The notes beneath the pieces were generated by a model. The model saw only the letters and a list, made by a program, of their open reading frames with translations, made no database searches and was not told the DNA's origin. From NCBI GenBank assembly GCA_951406725.2, contig OX597821.1, positions 16,182,001 to 16,246,000 of the forward strand: a stretch of DNA of 64,000 nucleotides, in the 5' to 3' direction. The DNA is from Octopus vulgaris. Its lineage: Eukaryota. How positions within the stretch are numbered: position 1 is the stretch's first letter; each line of letters begins with the position of its first letter. This document shows positions 28,070 to 42,483 of the stretch, piece by piece. A program made the translations under genes and the position numbers.

Positions 28070-28325
28070 ACCCGAAAGGATGAAAGGCAAAGTCGACCTC
28101 GGCAGAATTTGTACTTAGAATGTGTAGGCAGACGAAATACCTTTTTCTTTACTACCCACAAGGGGCTAAACACAGAGAGGACAAACAAGGAGAGATAAAC
28201 GGATTAAGTCGATTATATCGACCCCAGTGCGTAACTGGTACTTAATTTATCGACCCTGAAAAGATGAAGGGCAAAGTCGACCTCGGCGGAATTTGAACTC
28301 AGAACGTAACGGCAGACGAAATACT
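28070..28325 (-). mobile_element. SINE family A tandem bodies
   Basis: Same body and internal junction as 7190-7550. Confidence 0.85.
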
Positions 28326-30128
28326 TTTCCTTCTGAGTTCACTCACACTCCCCAAATGTCTACTTTAATTTTCATCCTGTTGGTGCACATAAAATCAGTA
28401 CTAGTTGAGTAATGGGGGTCGGTATAATCGACTGACACTCTCAGACCGAATTTTCTGGGCTTTGGCCAAAATTTGAAACCATTAATATTATTCACTCTAG
28501 AGCTATATACATCTAATATTTTCTGCTGTTTAATACGTATCTATTAGTTGTCTATAGCCGTCGGCATAACTGTTTGTATTATATCTCTCTGTACATCTGT
28601 GAGTATTAACTAAGTAGCTACGATTCATTTTGATAGCGAAAGGTCATACTATAACCTTGTCATCAAAACATTTGATGAATGCTGGCTTCAACTAATGATG
28701 TTTGCTTGTTTGTAGATTTGATTGATTGGTTATTTTTAATTACATTGATTAAAGAAGCCGAATAGCATTTTTATATCAACACCAATTGATTTACGCATAT
28801 GGCATCTAAATAATTATTTCACAGCACAAACAGATAAAATCTTATCTTGTGTTATTTGCCTCACTGCCTGTTTGTCTATCACTCGGCAATTATGTTCCGT
28901 CTTTCTTTCACCATTTCTCTTTATCTCCGTCTCTGTCTATCTGTCAGTCTCTCTCTCTCTCTCTCTGTCAGTCTCCTTCCTTCTCTCTTTCTTTCAGTCT
29001 ATCTATCTATCTACCTACCTGTCAGTTTGTCTGTCTACCTAACTTTACGATACACGCGCATACACACACACACACTTGCACATATGTATGTGTTTTAATA
29101 TGCGTGTTTATGAGTTATTGTAGAATAGACAGTTAAAGTGATAGAGAACGAGAGACAGATCTAGAAAGAGACAGAAGAGGAGACAAATATATATTTGTGT
29201 ATATTGATTCGAGATAGTGTATTCGTGTATATATATGTGAAATGCTTCCTTGTGCACACCTACATACGCCAAACATGCATGGGTATATACACACGCGTAT
29301 ATAAATTAATGTGTAGTGGTATGTGAGGATAAATTAATGGATATATTAATACATTTATCGTTGTCTACTTTTTTTATACATAAATACATATATGGTTGTG
29401 TTTGTATTTCTCTATACATACAGGTGTGTGTGAATAATGTGTATGTGTGCATGTACGTTTATGAGTGCGTGTATGTGGATGAGTACGTGTGCGAGATTGC
29501 CTATGTTTCTTTGTGTGCTTGTGTGTGCATGTGTGTGAGTGTGTAAAAAGAGAGGCAGAGAGGGACAAGGAGATGAAGAGAGAGGGGAGTGAGAGGAAGA
29601 GAGAGAGAGCAGTATTTTCTTTTATATTCATATCAACGCTCAAACAACATTTAGCACAGGAATATTCTTTTAATACATTTTTAACTTCCAATAACGCATA
29701 AGCAAACATAAATATCCTTATTTATGTTTGGTATTTATTTATTTTCCTTCTGACACACTTTTATATTGGAAATAATCCTTTGATATTAACATTTCCAAAG
29801 GAAAAAATTCTAGTAAAATCAGATTCGTTATATGGAGTGCACAAAAATTATTTTTTACTCATAAAGCGTACACCATTTATTCATATCTTTATTTTAAGAT
29901 TCTGTCTGATATAAACACATATAAATTATTAAAAAAGGAGAAAAAAATGACTAAATTGTAACATTAGATTTTAGCCATAATGAAAGAGAAGAAATAGAAG
30001 TGAATCGAACTATAAAATGTATGAAAAGAAATTTAGCCATTAGCCATGTTTTATTTGTGAGAATGAGCAGATGATATTCACATAATATCTAGCCTTTGCC
30101 CTACTGCGAGAATTTGTGTCCGATATAC

Positions 30129-30400
<272 letters not shown>

Positions 30401-31339
30401 TCGCGCGCTCAAACGTATGTATGTATATATGTATACATGTATATATGTATATACGAACACATTTAAATAGATATAAGACTTTGTATCTGAAAAATGCTGA
30501 AGTGGGGTCAACTCTACAGATCAATTCCCACCGTTCCGAAAAGGCGAGGCCTGTTTTGAAAGCAAGGAGGAACGTTACTTTTTTGTTGATCTGGAATTGA
30601 AAGGATTTGCTGCCAGCTGAATATGAAACGTCTCATTCTGAAGAGTCACACAGCATTATTATCCTTTTTTTGTTTAGTATATTTCTTTAACTTTTTTTTA
30701 TTCATATCCAATTTTATGTCCTTAATAATTGCCTCTATTCCTCGAAATGAAGTCGACTGATCAGCTGATATTACAACTCATTATTCGCAGTCTTCAAAGA
30801 TGTGACTGTGGACAGCGTGCTCATGTCGATGAAAATGAATTGTAAATTATACTGAGCAATACAATTGTACACCCTCTTTGTTGTGTTCGTATTGAAATGC
30901 AAAATATGGCAAAGGGGTAAAAACAACTGCATGCATACACAATGAGACACATGAAACAAGTCTTGAACATCACTTAAAACGACAAGGTCAAAGACGTCAC
31001 GGTCATAGCTAACAGCAAATTACATATACAGTCATAAATCCAAGCAATACAAAATAAGGGATGACATACATCAACCACACGCAATGACTATGTTACATTA
31101 ACTATTAACATTTCCACACACGTAACAATCATTCAAATGTTATAACACACATATTACATTTTTAAAATTATTATCCAAATGGATTTGGAAACTTCAAGAA
31201 AAATATAAAAGATCTGTTTGTGGAAACACCCACGACAAGTCTAGGGAATGGAATATCTATTTCTCCAAATGAATAATGTAAAGGAGCCCCTCTTCCATCA
31301 TCTATCTATCATAGCCTTACTGTGAATAGGTAGAATACA

Positions 31340-32700
31340 TTCATGTCCAGAGGTTGCCGTGGAAGGAGGGCCTTACTGCTCAATGACCTAGATTTAATAT
31401 GGATGTGGGGGCACATTTCACGCACATTTTACGCGGATAATGTGCGTAGAAATCTGCGTGTAGATCGGAACTGGAAGTCGGTATCGCTGTTTTCTTTCGA
31501 CAATATTTGGCGGATGTCCTGGCAGCTACCAGTATTAGTCTTGTCTTCCGCAGTTGGACCACTGTAATATCAAACTACATCTGCTCGATTAGATACCCCA
31601 CAGTCGAAACAATTCGGCTAATGTCTCATCTCTTGAGTATGATCTGAGTCTTGGACCACTACTGCAAAGACAAGAGAAGTTGAGGGACTTCCCAGGTACA
31701 GTAGAATATGGGGAATCCATGTCAACACACGCAGTCGACAAGACAAACATAGTGTAGGTGATCGGCAATGAAATAAAGCAAAATTTACGAGACTGTAGTA
31801 GGAGAAACATTGAACTACGAAACGTCAGTGTGTCTGCATTTCGGTATCTCGTGAGGGGACATCGTGCTTTCCAGCAGCTTCAAGAGTCATCGTTCAATTT
31901 GTCCGAAATCTATGTTGGAATAAAGTGGATAAGGTGAGGATCATGGCTGGGAGAAATCTATGTTGGAATAAAGTGGATAAGGTGAGGATCATGGCTGGGA
32001 GAAGTCATTCCTGAAAGGTCAGGCAGACGTGGTGAAGCTTGCATCACTTTCTTTATATATTAATGTCTGGCCGCCATTCGTTGCCTCAGGTTCTGTCGTA
32101 CCGAACTGGGAACCCTGCTCTTCTACTTTCTGTGGAGGAGACTCAAATCACTGGTTAGATGCTTCCTTTGTTGTCAATACTTGCTAAGAGGAGGGCGGGA
32201 TATACTGTGTCTAGTGGTGCACATACATGCAATGAGACGGTTTCATTCCAGCGACTCCTTTTAGAATGAGAAGGTGTGGTCGCTGTTTGGTAGACTCGCT
32301 TTTCACAGCTCCTCTTTTCGACAGATGTGCAGTCCTGGATCAAACGTAAAACCATACGGAACCCCCAAACACCTAGATCGCCGTCAGGCGCTCACAATTT
32401 CCGATCTGTCGGGCAGAGTAGCTGGTGTAATTTCCATTTTCGCGTTCTACAATGTGTTAGATGCAAGGAAGGTCGACGACGTCGTCACAGGGACACAGGT
32501 CGTCCACGAGAATCAACTTATTGTTTTCTTCCAGTGAACCTTCAGAGGATCCATCGATGCTCTCAAGAGATCTCTACCGTAATAGTGCTGCCAGATGGCA
32601 CTGCTATTTCGAGGCAAGCTCTACAGTCTAGAAAGTGCCATTATCCAAGCTTGACCGAGTTTCATGCATTGTTAAGATCGCGCCTCCGCCTTCTTTAGGC
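31340..32700. mobile_element. GC-richer decayed segment, possibly an L1/Tx1-like LINE relic; contains a 48-bp tandem duplication at 31905-32003
   Basis: Minus-strand FIADH and PGKSLNFSCL resemble the APE endonuclease 'SDH' and 'PG.WKLN.SLL' motifs; no intact frame. Confidence 0.35.
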
Positions 32701-33164
32701 TAGGAAAAACAGATATCCTTCGTATGGCAGTCGGCAGAACTTAGCGAAAGAACTTATGCATTCGGTAAGATTGAAAGGGTTGAAGACAGACCCCTCCCTT
32801 TTGGGAGTTGGAAATAAATAGAAAGAAGGGAAGTAAGAGTGGGAAGTTTTGCCTTCTAGGAAACTTTGAAACTGTGATGAAAGTGATGTCACAGTCCCAG
32901 TAAACGGGCATCACGAACGAAGATGTTGGCGGGTATTACTATAGTAGTCAGAGTGAATGTTTTTCTTGTTTTTTTGTGTGTTTGGTTTTGGGGAGGATGG
33001 GGAGGTTGAAATTCGCGAACAGTCATCGGTTGTCTCCCTTTCTGGGAGAACTCTTTCTTCTTTGAAATATTTGGGGTGTTTTTCCGTTATTTTACTACTT
33101 ACATGCCTTTATTTGACAAACATTTTATCCTTTCACGAACCCATACTGATTGATAAAGAAAGCA

Positions 33165-33260
33165 TTATAATTATTATAATCATCATCATCTTCAGCATCA
33201 TCGTCATCATCATCATTATTATTATAATTATTATCATCATCATCATCATCATTATCATTT

Positions 33261-33327
<67 letters not shown>

Positions 33328-33362
33328 CGCAATCATCATCGTCATCATTATCATTATTATTA
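33165..33362. repeat. (ATC)n/(ATT)n microsatellite
   Basis: Direct reading. Confidence 0.9.
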
Positions 33363-34364
33363 TGTGTAATCATGAGTTCTAACTGATAGGGTGTTAGGAT
33401 CATGATTAAAAGTCCGTGGATACAACACTGGCACTGGCTTATGTATTTTGTTCTTTGATGTGAGACTTCAGTTTCATGCCGCGCAAGCCTATTCAGCTGT
33501 ACTATATATTTCAATCGCTGCTGATACAGTATGTTATTACATGAAAATTTGGTAAAGCTAAAATCGGTGGACGTTTGAATGCATTTCCTATATTGTCATT
33601 CCGTTTGAGTGCAATAAAAGAACTTGTAATGAACGTGTAAGCTATTGATGACAGTAAGATTTAACAGCGGTTAGGATTAGACCACAAATATTGGTCTACT
33701 TCTATTGCTTACCGTTACAAAATCTATTTATTTTTTCGATATCAAGAAATTTATTAGACTATGCTAATATTATCGAATTCAGTTCGAAAAACAACGTAGT
33801 ATTGGTCCTTGTCATGTATAAAACTTAATACATAAATACAATATCCAACAAGTACTTTACCACAATTTCTCTAGCATTGTAATAACATTCATCATTTATA
33901 AAATGCCTCAGATATCTTAGAAGTCCAAATATATTCAAGTTCCTGGTGGTTTTACGTAGTGAGTCTTTTACTTTGCCAACAACAATAAAGTTCAGCGTTG
34001 TCACTTGTATTTGTGGAATAAATACGATAATATTAGTCATGGATGAAGGTGGTTTTTATATTCACCGTCTAGTTATTTCTAGTAAGCCATTTAATGTTCT
34101 CCACATTAAATATGTTAACGTTACCTTAAATACACTTCAATCAATTTAACCTCTAACTTCTAGGGAAAAACTTGCAAGCACCACTGATCAAAGCTTTTCA
34201 ACTCCAAGTGTTGGCTGGCCTAACCGTATCATTAAATTAGTAGTCAGAACATTCTATTCGACATGTATTTAAACTTTTTCTTAAATGAGCATACATACGT
34301 ACACATGCATTGCATACACCCGCAATGACCATATGTGTGCCTGCATGTCCACATACACACACAC

Positions 34365-34459
<95 letters not shown>

Positions 34460-34978
34460 GTTACACACATATACATATAAATATATGATTATGTATGCAT
34501 GTGCAAATAAATATCTTTGTGTACGTAACTATAAATGAACTTATATATATACACACACAAATGAAGGTATATATCAATATACATGTATGTATGGCTATAT
34601 ATGTGTGTGTATGGGTATCCATGCATAATACTTCAAAATAGCGAACAGCTTGCATTTTAAATAAATATTAAAAACACGGTTATGTTCATGTGTGATCAAA
34701 AATTTTTCAAAATTCTTAATTAAACCTTTATATTTGGTGCAATTCAGTAGTCCCCTTATTTCCTGCAGGCTACCGTGTCGACAGTAGAACATTATTTTCA
34801 TAGACATGATCACATTATCTGCACCAAATATGATAATGGCTTATTCATAGTGACCGATTGACTTAAATCGTGAAAATAACTCTACCTTAGATTTACAATC
34901 CAAAGTAGCTTTAACATAAATTCAAATCGTAACACTATTCAATTTACACATATATACATACACACATACATACATACG

Positions 34979-35064
<86 letters not shown>

Positions 35065-35065
<1 letters not shown>

Positions 35066-35989
35066 TAGCAGCTAGGCCCGGTTTCACCCGGGCTGTCTGG
35101 ATGATCTAGCAGTGATCGTTTTCGGCTAGGCATAATCTATAACAGCGTTTCTCAACCTTATCATTTTGGGTCCCCTATTTCGATTGGAGCCTCCAGCTGT
35201 ATGAAAAATTTCTGCCTCCCCACCCCTGTCAGAAAACAGCTTCACGAGTTGTGAAGAACGAATTTCTACGTCGTCTTTTTCTGAGAGCTATTCTCTTGGA
35301 CCTCTGTCTAACCATCAAAACATTGATTTAATTATGAACATAGAAATAAATTATACATTAATCCCTATTTTTGTAAACAATTGTATCCGTAAAAAATTTA
35401 TTTGCAGAGAGCAGAAATTGAAAGAAGATATATGAGATGGACGTGTGTGTGTGTGTGCGCGCACTTTCGTATGTGTATGTGAGAGAGAAACAGGGTGAGA
35501 AAAGGAGTTAGAGAGAGTGAGTGAAGGTGTGTGTTGCAGAGAGCAGAAATTGAAAGAAGATATATGAGATGGACGTGTGTGTGTGTGTGCGCGCACTTTC
35601 GTATGTGTATGTGAGAGAGAAACAGGGTGATAAAAGGAGTTAGAGAGAGTGAGTGAAGGTGTGTGTTGTGTTGTACGTAGTAAGAGAGACAGCATAGCGA
35701 AATTTTGGTTGATTGTCATCCTGTACTCCCCTTGTTGCTAGCGAAATGGTATATGCCGTCTGTGTGAGCAACTGGTTGTTTTAATGGCGGAAGAAACAGG
35801 GGAATTTCATTAGGAAAAGTTTTAATCTATTGTCTCGGTATGTATGGGGGCTAGGAAAACAATACAAATCGCATTCCAATTTACGCACCCGTCTCCACAC
35901 GTGTGCCATTTTACACGCGAATCCACCCAGCCGTTTGGCTGTGAACCTTAAGACAATGTCCAATTTATATTATATATATATATATTAGA
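35065..35989 (-). mobile_element. Non-autonomous Helitron with internal 132-bp tandem duplication (35402-35665)
   Basis: The minus-strand 3' end has hairpin GCCCGG-GTGAAA-CCGGGC followed by CTAG|T into (TA)n; 5' TC near 35989. Confidence 0.7.
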
Positions 35990-36293
35990 AGAAATGAGGT
36001 AATCAGAAGATCGGATGGTTCATATTTACAGATATATATTTATATATTACATTTTTTACATATATATATATCATATCATTCAGATCATATCATTCAGATC
36101 ATTAATGCTTTCTCCCATTCTAGTGGGGTTTTCAAATCAAAATAATTCCTTTGTGGGGAATTTTAATCATTTTATAGAGTTTCGTAGTGGTGGGCAGGAA
36201 CAAGACAGCACAAGAGGTGCGTAGATTGGAATGCGATTTGTATTTTTGTCCTAGCCCCCATACATACCGAGACAATAGATTAAATAGATTATG

Positions 36294-36325
<32 letters not shown>

Positions 36326-37277
36326 ATATACACATAAGAAGGAAATTAACACTGATAGCATCTCTGTTTATACCTTAAAAATATTTTAAATTTCATCCGC
36401 TAAAGAAGACTTGAATAGTGAAACCAGTTACATAATAATAACGGATGATGTTGAGAGATTAGAAGACCAGGTTACACAATAATTCGACAATAAATCAACC
36501 TCACTGGTACAAAAGAACCAGCAATCACAGAAATACACAAATCACATATAAATTACACAACAGTAACCGAATTTACTCTGCTAAAAAAACTCTACTTATA
36601 AATTGGATGAGTAGACAATGAAAGAAAACTCATAAAACAGAACACAGTCTGCAATATATAGCCCTAAAACCGTTGGTATATTATATTCCAGTAACAGCAA
36701 AATGAAAATTCTCCTTTTAACATAAAACCACAAGTAAATAAGTGACAACGTGCGCTTCAAACACTGAATATAGTTTACAAATTTCAATAGCAACAGGTTG
36801 TATATTTTCATTCTAATTCTTACAATGGAAGCACAGTTACGATGATTTCTCGTCGGTTGACCAAGCTGGATACAAGACACTCGTTTATTAGGCAATTAAA
36901 AATAAATTGGATAGGGAACCATTTGTTGAAAGTAATAGTAAGGAAGTACTGTGAATACAAAATACAAGCTTAACTTAATAACGACGCGTAAACATAAGTA
37001 CGACATATTACCATGACGTATACAAATATTTACTGTTATGCAATTTTATTACTAGCATGTGTGTTTTGTGTGTGTGTGTGTGTATGTGTGTTTTACGGCA
37101 AAACGCACCGCAAATACTTCATTACAATTGATTCATTTGAAAATGAGATTATAAAGGTCTCGTAACATCAGACTAAATGTTTTGGAAATGTTTGCAAAGA
37201 AAGCATTATAAAGATTAATAAGGGAGTATGAATAATCTTCAATGAACATAGTCATGATTTCAATATATTTGCTTGAA

Positions 37278-37317
<40 letters not shown>

Positions 37318-38557
37318 CGTGTTGCTGTGTATGCATATATATATATATAGTAATAGATAATGTTGAAAGATAGATGGATAGATAGACAGACAGACATTTA
37401 GACATATTGATAGATAGAAAAATAAATAGACAGATATTTAAATAGATAAACAGACAGAGAAAGACAGATATTTAGATAATTGAGTCCTATTGTGTTTGAA
37501 TCTTAGTGATTGCAATTTTTCTGTCTCTTGAGATTGTATTTTTGTAACATAACATAAACATATATATTTATGCATAGTTTGGTTAGCTGAATTAAAGTAA
37601 CGACTTTTTCTTTTAAGAAATGGAATGAGCAACAAAAGAGAGAAAAAACTTAAGAAATTTGATGAGGAGAAACGTCTTTAATTTGGTGATGAAAATGAGG
37701 AGAATAACAACAAAATAATTCTAGTCACAAACTCTTTCACAATCTGTAAACTTTCTCGCTGAGAACGATTTTGTTTTTCATTCTTTCAAGGCCGTAAGTT
37801 AAGTATCAGTATAGGATGGGGTTCGTTGAAATCGACTGGCCCTTCCCACAAGGGCATCTGGCCTTGTGCCTATGGTAAGAATTAATTATTTAAATAGATT
37901 ATGAATTGTTAAATAGGATACTGTTTTAAATAGATCGTTATAAACGAAGGTGAAATAGTTTAAATTTGTATGAGAGTAGATGAGACACAGCTTATATTCA
38001 AGCAATCAAAAGTATATGCGTGCCCACCTAAACTACCTCACACATAGATATACACACCAGATGTGTGGACGTGTCAAGTTTTGTAAGAGTAGAATAAGTA
38101 TTCAATGAAATGCGTTGCGTAATCATTCAGTTTAAGGTAACATCAGTTTCATTATAATTCAACGTAAATATATATATATATATATATAAATATATATACA
38201 TAGAAGAAAATAAAATATATATCGTGGTATATATATATATCTGTGTGTGTGTGTGCATGTATATGGCATATACATGTACAGCCGGAGAAGCCAATAAACA
38301 AATGTTTTGTTTCTAAACGTAATTTGCCTTATATATCTGCCACCAAGAGTGTTTGACAAGTAATCGGAATTCCTTGTTTATGTACTATATATATATTCGG
38401 GTGTTCGACTATTTAAGTATGAAATGCTTGCACACACACACACACACACACAAGCACACACATGTATGCTTACACAGTCATATACACACATATATGCATG
38501 TGTATATATATATATGTATACACATTATATATACATGCATACACACACACGCACACA

Positions 38558-38592
<35 letters not shown>

Positions 38593-38637
38593 CGTATATA
38601 TATATACATATATATATCTATATATATATATATAACG

Positions 38638-38718
<81 letters not shown>

Positions 38719-40959
38719 TATTCCCATCAAGGCAAATTATAGAAGCAAATAAATTATTCACCAGATGCAATCGAAAATTTATCATATGGCTGCTAAGATA
38801 AAAATGATGTCCAATATATCAAAAGAGCATTGATAAGAATTCAAGGAAGATTAACCGAACATAATATTATTGTCTATTTGTTTAAAAATAGGATTTCACT
38901 TTTCTGGGCAATGTCATATTTGGAAGAAGGTCAGAGTCGTGTAATTCCATTGTAGTAATTTATAAGATCTTTTGAATCAACTCCTTAGGGATTTCAGGCT
39001 TATTTGAATTTATAAGTAAGATGTTACTGAACATAGACGGCAACATAATTTTGTCGGTATCGGTTGCTTGTGCAGCACTAACTCGTATTTCATAAATATG
39101 TATATAGTAGTATGATTTAGTTATATTTCGTGCAGTGAGAATAATAATGGTGTCATAATTTAAAAGTTGAAAGCGATAAAGAGTGAGAAGTTGTTGAAGC
39201 TTATTAGGGGTCAGATGAAGGAAGATGTTAATCGTCTGCAAAACGATACATAGTTACATCTCTATTTTTTATTTTAGTCACAGCTAACAAATTTAGCTAA
39301 GCAATCTAAGGAGTGAGATTTAAACCTCCGGTGAACTCAGTCTATGCAACCAGACGCTATTGTCTTAAAATACGGCTAACACGTTAAATTTCATTTATTC
39401 TTTCGTCTTTTACTCTGCGGCAATGCTCACGTAGACGTTTAGAGAAAGTAATGGGAAAAAATTATAACGGTAAAGAGAAAACTGAGGATCGCACATTTAA
39501 ACACTGGTTTGTCCGGTGTATCCGCTGTCCTAACGATTACCTAAGAAATATGAGCTTGCTCAGTTTGAATTTATCGGCTCAACAGCAATTTATCTGAGCA
39601 TGTGCAAGTTTCCTCCGATAAGGAGTAAAGCTGGGTGGAGTAACGAGGAGAAATGGAGTCCAGGTTTGGTCAAGGGACATCCGAGAGAGGTGATGAGAAT
39701 GAGAGGGATTGAGACGGGGGCACAATAATAGGGTGAGAGGAAGGATGGGCGTAAGAGGGCGAGACAGGCAGACGAGACGGGCGAGCGAGACGGGTAGGCA
39801 AGATGGGTGGGCGAGACAGGCTGGCGAGACGGGATAGAAGGTGAGATGGGCAAGGTGGCGAGGGGAACGAGTTTGGATGCGAGTTGAAGAAGCGAAGGTT
39901 GTCGTTTTTGTGGGGGCGGCACTTTTGGGCCTCCTCTACAAAACTGTATCGGCGTTATTGCTGGGCTGTACTGATGGCAGCAAACCAAGGCCTACCAGGC
40001 GCTCTCACCAATCATGAACAAAATAATAAAAGTAAAATTAAATGTAAGAAGAACAAACGTCTGTTTTCGATTAGCTACAAATTCTTAAAATCTTTCATAT
40101 ATTTCTCTACAAGCTAGGAAGGTGTCTCAGGAGAAGAATGATAAAAAAGGCGTGTTTTTAAATATCGTTTAACGACGTCATTATTTCTGTAGCTGTTAAA
40201 TACCACCTTATTTCATATGAGAACAAATTTGACGGAATCCTTTCTTTCTATGGCCTTCCCGAACTTTCTTATAATTACAGAGACTTCTTATGTGTTTATT
40301 CATTTTTTTAAAGCCACGTCACGATTTGTTAGTGATTACGCTTCCATTTCAAGTGCAAAGACATCTGGCTTATTTCAATGTCAATCATAGTGTTCGGTAT
40401 AATAAGCAAAGACATTTTCAGATATTTCATACGTTAAAAGTATTACAGAACTTTTCAAATAGCTTTTTTGGGGAAGGATTTATTGTAAGAATAAATGCGA
40501 ATATATTTTTTTATATAAAAAATTATATGGTGTAGCAATTACACACACAAAACTCAAACACACACACGAACTCGCACACACCCATACACACACACACACA
40601 CACATACATTCAGAAACATTTATTGGTAAGATCAAGCAAATTGTTACATAAAATAAATATGTCCTTTATATTTAGTAATTACTAATGGCACACTTTGAAG
40701 ATGGTGGATTAGCAGAAAAACTAGATCGTTACAAATATCAATTTTCTGTATAAATATTTTCTCTGTACATTCTGTGTTCAAATTCTATCACAGTCAATTT
40801 TGTTTTCCATTTCTCAAATGTTGGGGCAACCTTCAAGAATTTACAGTAAAATTAACCAACAAACTATCTTCTTCCAATTTCGTGAGTGTGTTTCTATGGT
40901 CGCAACATATATTTGCAAATTTTGGTTCACTTTATAGAATTTTTGAAGTGAAATAATAT

Positions 40960-40961
<2 letters not shown>

Positions 40962-41052
<91 letters not shown>

Positions 41053-41053
41053 G
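40962..41053. repeat. (AAT)n directly fused to (ATT)n, a palindromic microsatellite
   Basis: Polarity switch at about 41000. Confidence 0.9.
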
Positions 41054-41055
41054 TT

Positions 41056-41127
41056 AAGGTCACTGCCTGAAATCGAACTCGGAATTTTGGGGTTAGTAGC
41101 CTGCGCGCTTAACCACTACGCCATATG
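41056..41127 (-). pseudogene. tRNA-like sequence (SINE head or tRNA pseudogene)
   Basis: Minus: ATGGCGTAGTGGTTAAGCGCGCAGGCTACTAACCCCAAAATTCCGAGTTCGATTTCAGGC; A and B boxes present, acceptor stem poor. Confidence 0.6.
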
Positions 41128-41157
41128 GTGCCTTCATCAGGTGTCTTGTTTCTCCAA

Positions 41158-41202
41158 GACACCTGATGAAAGCTGGAGGGTATATCAACTGAAACGTTGT
41201 GT
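41158..41202 (+). ncRNA. Minimal type I hammerhead ribozyme motif
   Basis: Stem I GACAC/GUGUU; core CUGAUGA (41163-69); stem II AGCUG..CAACU with 1 mismatch; GAAAC-GUU with palindromic AACGUU. Confidence 0.6.
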
Positions 41203-41299
41203 TAACAACAAACAAGATGAGGACAAATATCCGTCAAATATAAATAATGTAAATAATGAACATCAAAGGACATAACAAAGAATATATTACTAGAAATTT

Positions 41300-42050
41300 G
41301 AGATAGCAAAGAGACAGAATCCTCACTAGCAGGGCAGTCCACCTAGACTAATAAGGAGTAAAGCACTACGCAAACGTTCCGGATTACTCTGTCATCTCCC
41401 AGGCATTGGAAGTGTCATCTTCCATCGGAAGTGTCATCTTTCATCGGAAGCGTCATCTTTCCTTCTCCTTACAAAAGCACACTTAGAGTAGAACCATTCA
41501 GTCTCACCAGTCTTACCACTCTCATCCACCTTTTGATGAAAACACTAAATGGCAGTACCTCCCGCTCTAACCTCAAATGTTACTTGAAGAATTAGATGAG
41601 TTCTTGGCCAGATAGAAACGTACTTGTCTTCAAACCTTACTGTCTCTTTCGCCACAGCCACAAAACAAAAATTTGCCTTTCTTCTATACACTCGACGGTC
41701 AGCTTGATTCGTCTAATACGTGACAACAGCCATTCAACGTCAATGCAGAAATCTCTAATGTGCGGGCATTAAACGATTGCATCCAGGTTTCATACCAATT
41801 CGACTGTTAACTTTCGTGACTGAAAAACCTCGCCTCAAACATGCAATGCACTCTTGTAGCATAGCCATATCAATCTTCTTGGGAAATTGTCCATGATATT
41901 CGATCTGAGATTCCTCCGAAAGAAACCAGGCGGACTGTTCTCGCTGATGCCCAGATTCACACCTTGGTTATCGTCTCTTATACCCGCAACTATCCCTGTT
42001 AAAAATCTTGGGTTGTTTTTCCGCGCATGCGTAATAAGAGTCAAACGACA
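41300..42050 (-). mobile_element. L1/Tx1-like LINE ORF2 C-terminus plus 3' UTR relic
   Basis: Fragments MDNFPRRLIWLCYKSALHV, CPHIRDFCIDVEWLLSRIRRIKL, VAVAKETV and LEREVLPFSVFIKRW; a 19-bp x3 repeat near 41407-41463. Confidence 0.6.
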
Positions 42051-42248
42051 TAACACTTTTGTACATATGATTTAAGATTTAAGATTTATATACAGACAGA
42101 AGACTATTCGCAAGACTTCTTACATGCTAAAAAGGGCAGTTAAATCCAAACCACGAAAAAATAAATTTTAAGGCACACTGATAATGACACTAGAATAAAT
42201 ACAACGAAAAATGTATCCTGTCAAGGGTCTTCTCTCTGTATATTAACT

Positions 42249-42289
<41 letters not shown>

Positions 42290-42290
<1 letters not shown>

Positions 42291-42483
42291 GAGGAATGTT
42301 GAGGAGTTCCTGACTTTGTCGCAAAAGAAAATAGAGGAAGATCAGTTAATTATATTCAACATAGTCCTCTTTCACATCCATATGCCAATTGAGGCGAGTT
42401 CTCTAAAAGAAATCAGAAGTTTGAGCCTCTAACCATGCCTTTCGCCAAACCCTTACAGCCATGAAATTTACAGCATCCCCTCG
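42290..42483. mobile_element. Tc1/mariner-type MITE relic
   Basis: Left end TA|CGAGGAATGTTGAGGAGTTCC and right-end reverse complement CGAGGGGATGCTGTAAATTTC form degenerate TIRs beside (TA)n. Confidence 0.6.

Noticed and set aside
41056-41127. Functional tRNA gene
   Set aside because: Acceptor and anticodon stems pair poorly and it is embedded in a repeat mosaic; the other tRNA-like hits are SINE heads.
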